64,000 bases of DNA from Lentisphaerae bacterium RIFOXYC12_FULL_60_16. GTDB lineage: Bacteria > Verrucomicrobiota > Kiritimatiellia > UBA8416 > YA12-FULL-60-10. The notes beneath the pieces are model-generated. The model made no database searches, was not told the origin of the DNA, and saw nothing but the letters and a program-made list of their open reading frames with translations. This document shows positions 60,974 through 64,000 of the stretch, one piece after another. Position numbers and translations under genes: made by a program. Positions within the stretch are counted from its first letter, which is position 1; the number at the start of each line of letters is the position of its first letter. The stretch lies in NCBI GenBank assembly GCA_001803315.1, contig MHBQ01000059.1, positions 17,188-81,187 on the forward strand. Direction: 5' to 3'.

Positions 60974-63973
60974 CTACCCCATCCGGCAGAGCCAGGCTTT
61001 GCCAATCCAGCCCTGCGCCACCGGTCCGGAACCCAGCATGTGTTTGTTGGCAGCCGAGCCGTACACGTGCAGGCGGAATCGGTGTTCACCCTCCCGCAGG
61101 GCCGGTAATGTCCAACGCCAGGGCATCCACGCGCGCACCCCGCAGGATCGCCCATCCACGGTGAGTTCGGCGTTGTCAACCAGGTGTTCCAGTTCCAATG
61201 CCCAGTCGGATTTGGCTTCCACGCCCGATATCGTCTCCGTCCACGCGTACACACCGGCGCCCATGTAATGCGGCATCCCGCCAGCCTGCCATCCGGCCCT
61301 CGAATCGCAATCCTGCCGCGGCTCCAATACCGGCCGCACCCTGCCCAGCCGCACCGTGAAGTCACCTTCAACATACAACTGGGACAACAAGCCTTCCATG
61401 GCGCTTTCCACTTCAAAGCGCAATTCGATCACATTGCGTCCATGACGCAGCCATGCCAGCGGCACCCGCAGCGCGCGTATGTTGTCCAGCGGAAACCGGC
61501 GCATCCCGCCCACCGCGCGCCCATTGCACCAGATCCGGAATGTCCCGCGGGCGCATCGCGGATCCAGCACCAGCACCGGCGTACCGCGGTAGCCCCGCAC
61601 ATCAAACTCGAAACCATACCGCAAATCCGGATTCAACGCCTTGCTTTCGACCGGCACGTCCCCCACATATTGCGGCAGTATACGCTGTGCCTTGAAGTTG
61701 GAATACACCTGCCAGTACGGATACGGCTCCGCCAACACGTGCGGTCGTTGCCCACGCGAACGGACTTCGGTCCGGCATAACCGCAACAGGTTCGGACCCA
61801 GTCGCCGGAACGCCGGCAACCCCTTGATCCGCCGGCGGGCCATTACACGGCCGGTCACCCGATCCCGCGTGAAGGCATCCAGCCGGAACAATCCGGCGCC
61901 ACCCGCCGGCACCGACCAGGCGGTACCGGTCCCGCGCACCGTGACGGAACCATCCACTTCCACCGGCGACCACACCCGCTGCTTTTCCCCGCTGATTACC
62001 ACCGTATGGGCAACGTCGCCCACGTTGCATGCCAGGACATAGGCCCTGCCATCCCGCCCGATGAAACGCCGGACATAGCATTCGCCCCGTTGTACGCCCG
62101 TCAGGGTCACATGCGTCTCCAGGTGACGACGACACCATTCCGGTGATGGTTGCTGCACACGCAGGACGGTGCCCGGCAGGGCCGGACATTTGACCAGCCG
62201 GTAATCGTGCGTGACCATCTGTTTCGGTCCGCCACCCAGCCAATAGACCGACGTTCCCCTGGCGACCGCCTGCTTGAGTTTTTCCACAACCGCCTGGGCA
62301 ACATGCGTGGCGGCAGGGACCAGGAGGGTGGCATACCGGCATCGGCCCACCGTTATCCCGCGCGCACCGACACCGCCATGGACCAGATCCTGTTCGTCCA
62401 CCATCTGTACGGCGGCCTGTGCCTGAAGGCACGCCAGCAGGGTCTGCTCCAGCGCATGCCGCTGCCGGTCGGTCGTTTCGGCGCCAGCCTGCCATCCGCC
62501 GGCCGGGATCGTCCAGAACGGCAGCAGATTGTTCAACAAGCCGACCCGCGTCTGGTCAACGGCGGCGTCGGTAAACTGTTGGACGGTTCCCATCCACCGG
62601 CTGGTTTCACCCGTGCCGCGAAAGATCGAATTATAGGGACCGAATTCCGGCGGGGCCTCGTAATTGGCGACCCCCTCGTTGCTGTTCCAGAATCCATGGG
62701 TAAAGAACCGGTCGATACCCAGCACCATCTGCCAGGCGTAGATCTGCCGGGCTTTCCAGGTGGTGATATTCCAGTCGGAACAACCCAGCGATTCGGAGGT
62801 CGCGGCCGGAGCGCCAAGCTGGGCCCGTACCGAACCCGCTTTCAAGCTTCCGAAATTCAGCGCCGGCGCGCGGGCATCCCCGGTGAGCGGAACAATCAGA
62901 TCGGTGCCGGGACAGGAAAGATATTTCATGATCGGCATGACCGACCCGATGGTCACCGCCTCCTGGCAGGGATCATCTTCGGGCGACATGTGCCCCACCA
63001 GTAGCAGTTTCCGATCCTCGCAATATCGGCGGTACGGTCGCAGGAAGACATCCACAAAACGCCCGGTGATCCAACGACGGTAATCCATCCGGGTCTTGAG
63101 ATAGTCGTCGGACAACGCTTCGCCGAACAACTGATACAGGCGGGGAAGCAGGTCGTAACCATACCGGTGTTTGAAACCGGCCGGCATCTCGCCGGTCCAG
63201 GGGGTACCACCGTGCGGCTTGGCTTCATCGGTGAAGATGCCGGGAATGGTCCGGCCGTAATGCCGGCCCACATATCCCTCGTAAAGGTCCAGCGACAACT
63301 GGCGGAATACCGGGAACGTGTCCGGATGGAGCAGGTCTGGCAACGCGCCCCACGACCCTTCGGATCCGGCCGGTTCAAGCGTCAAGGCAACCAGTTCCAT
63401 GCCCTGCGGGACAAGGGGCATCCGCAGGGTATACTGCTGGTTGATGGCATCACCGCGCGGGCAATCCACGAATGGCGCGGTCGGATAATAATACCGGCTG
63501 TCCCAGCGCTTCATGAACCAGTCGGCCCGCACACTACCCACCATCCCGGTCAGATCCTGCGTCGGTCCCGGCCGCGTTACGGGGACCAGTCCCGCCCACA
63601 CCACCCGGTGCCGGCCGATAAACCACAACTGGCCTGGCTTCAACGTAGCGGGCGGAGTCTGTCGCTGGATATACCGGGCCGCCAAATCGGGCCGTTGTTC
63701 CATGACCATGCCGCCGGCGGCTCCGCTGGGATACGGATCCTCATCGTACAGCCAGGTGGTCATCCCGAGCCGGCGTCCCTCGTTCACCAGGTCGCGGATC
63801 ATGGCAAACCATTCAGCACTGGCATAGGGAATCAGGTTCCCGGCCCGGCAGTGCAGCACCAGTGACCGGATCCCACCCTTCCGGCAGGCCCGCATGTAGC
63901 GGATTTTCTCCGCCACGGTGGAGGCGTCGTTCATTAACCAGAAAGGCATCAGCCCGCGAGTCAGATTCTTCAT
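60974..63973 (-). CDS. Large glycoside hydrolase, GH106 (alpha-L-rhamnosidase)-like
   Basis: PFW..N, WLYDE..YPSG.AGG, FTDE, PWT, PGTD, SES.G; C-terminal beta-sandwich (W...G.P.Y.G...Y). GAAGGGG RBS. Confidence 0.7.
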   Translation of the reverse strand: MKNLTRGLMPFWLMNDASTVAEKIRYMRACRKGGIRSLVLHCRAGNLIPYASAEWFAMIRDLVNEGRRLGMTTWLYDEDPYPSGAAGGMVMEQRPDLAARYIQRQTPPATLKPGQLWFIGRHRVVWAGLVPVTRPGPTQDLTGMVGSVRADWFMKRWDSRYYYPTAPFVDCPRGDAINQQYTLRMPLVPQGMELVALTLEPAGSEGSWGALPDLLHPDTFPVFRQLSLDLYEGYVGRHYGRTIPGIFTDEAKPHGGTPWTGEMPAGFKHRYGYDLLPRLYQLFGEALSDDYLKTRMDYRRWITGRFVDVFLRPYRRYCEDRKLLLVGHMSPEDDPCQEAVTIGSVMPIMKYLSCPGTDLIVPLTGDARAPALNFGSLKAGSVRAQLGAPAATSESLGCSDWNITTWKARQIYAWQMVLGIDRFFTHGFWNSNEGVANYEAPPEFGPYNSIFRGTGETSRWMGTVQQFTDAAVDQTRVGLLNNLLPFWTIPAGGWQAGAETTDRQRHALEQTLLACLQAQAAVQMVDEQDLVHGGVGARGITVGRCRYATLLVPAATHVAQAVVEKLKQAVARGTSVYWLGGGPKQMVTHDYRLVKCPALPGTVLRVQQPSPEWCRRHLETHVTLTGVQRGECYVRRFIGRDGRAYVLACNVGDVAHTVVISGEKQRVWSPVEVDGSVTVRGTGTAWSVPAGGAGLFRLDAFTRDRVTGRVMARRRIKGLPAFRRLGPNLLRLCRTEVRSRGQRPHVLAEPYPYWQVYSNFKAQRILPQYVGDVPVESKALNPDLRYGFEFDVRGYRGTPVLVLDPRCARGTFRIWCNGRAVGGMRRFPLDNIRALRVPLAWLRHGRNVIELRFEVESAMEGLLSQLYVEGDFTVRLGRVRPVLEPRQDCDSRAGWQAGGMPHYMGAGVYAWTETISGVEAKSDWALELEHLVDNAELTVDGRSCGVRAWMPWRWTLPALREGEHRFRLHVYGSAANKHMLGSGPVAQGWIGKAWLCRMG

Positions 63974-64000
63974 GTCACCATCCCCTTCCCAACCATCCGC

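Overview
A GC-rich bacterial anaerobic C1/energy-metabolism region. On the + strand (1-7181) is a formate dehydrogenase operon: a HydB/NuoF-GltD fusion (5' end outside the window), Cys-type FdhA, a ferritin-like protein, FdhD read in frame into CooT, CooJ and DUF3786. A ~28 kb co-directional - strand run (35288 down to 7202) carries most of the Wood-Ljungdahl pathway (fhs, metF-metV fusion, cooC, cooS, cooF, acsB, acsC, acsV, cooC/acsF, acsD, acsE; folD is not in the window). A HydABC-like flavin/Fe-S module is wedged between CODH and ACS. The run continues with only a 5-nt gap into a Na+-type F1Fo ATP synthase operon. That ATP synthase is the most unusual system here. It has an extra triplicated (three-hairpin) c subunit retaining one carboxylate, b and b' subunits with added extracytoplasmic domains, subunit a with a signal-like N-terminus and a Ca-binding-like loop, an insertion in alpha, and a short epsilon. 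A divergent HTH/Cys-rich regulator is flanked by two promoters sharing an ACCAC-N3-GTGGT palindrome. Downstream (+) are a Moco/Tuco-riboswitch-led molybdopterin operon interrupted by an inverted-repeat-flanked GxxExxY gene and a futalosine menaquinone operon with two gene fusions. After these come a polyprenyl synthase-YceI-porin unit, a YbjT-like SDR, a 5'-damaged cfa and a GH106-like glycoside hydrolase (-). No rRNA, tRNA or CRISPR array was seen. All family assignments come from motif recognition by eye, not from database searches; several start codons were re-chosen from the supplied ORFs.
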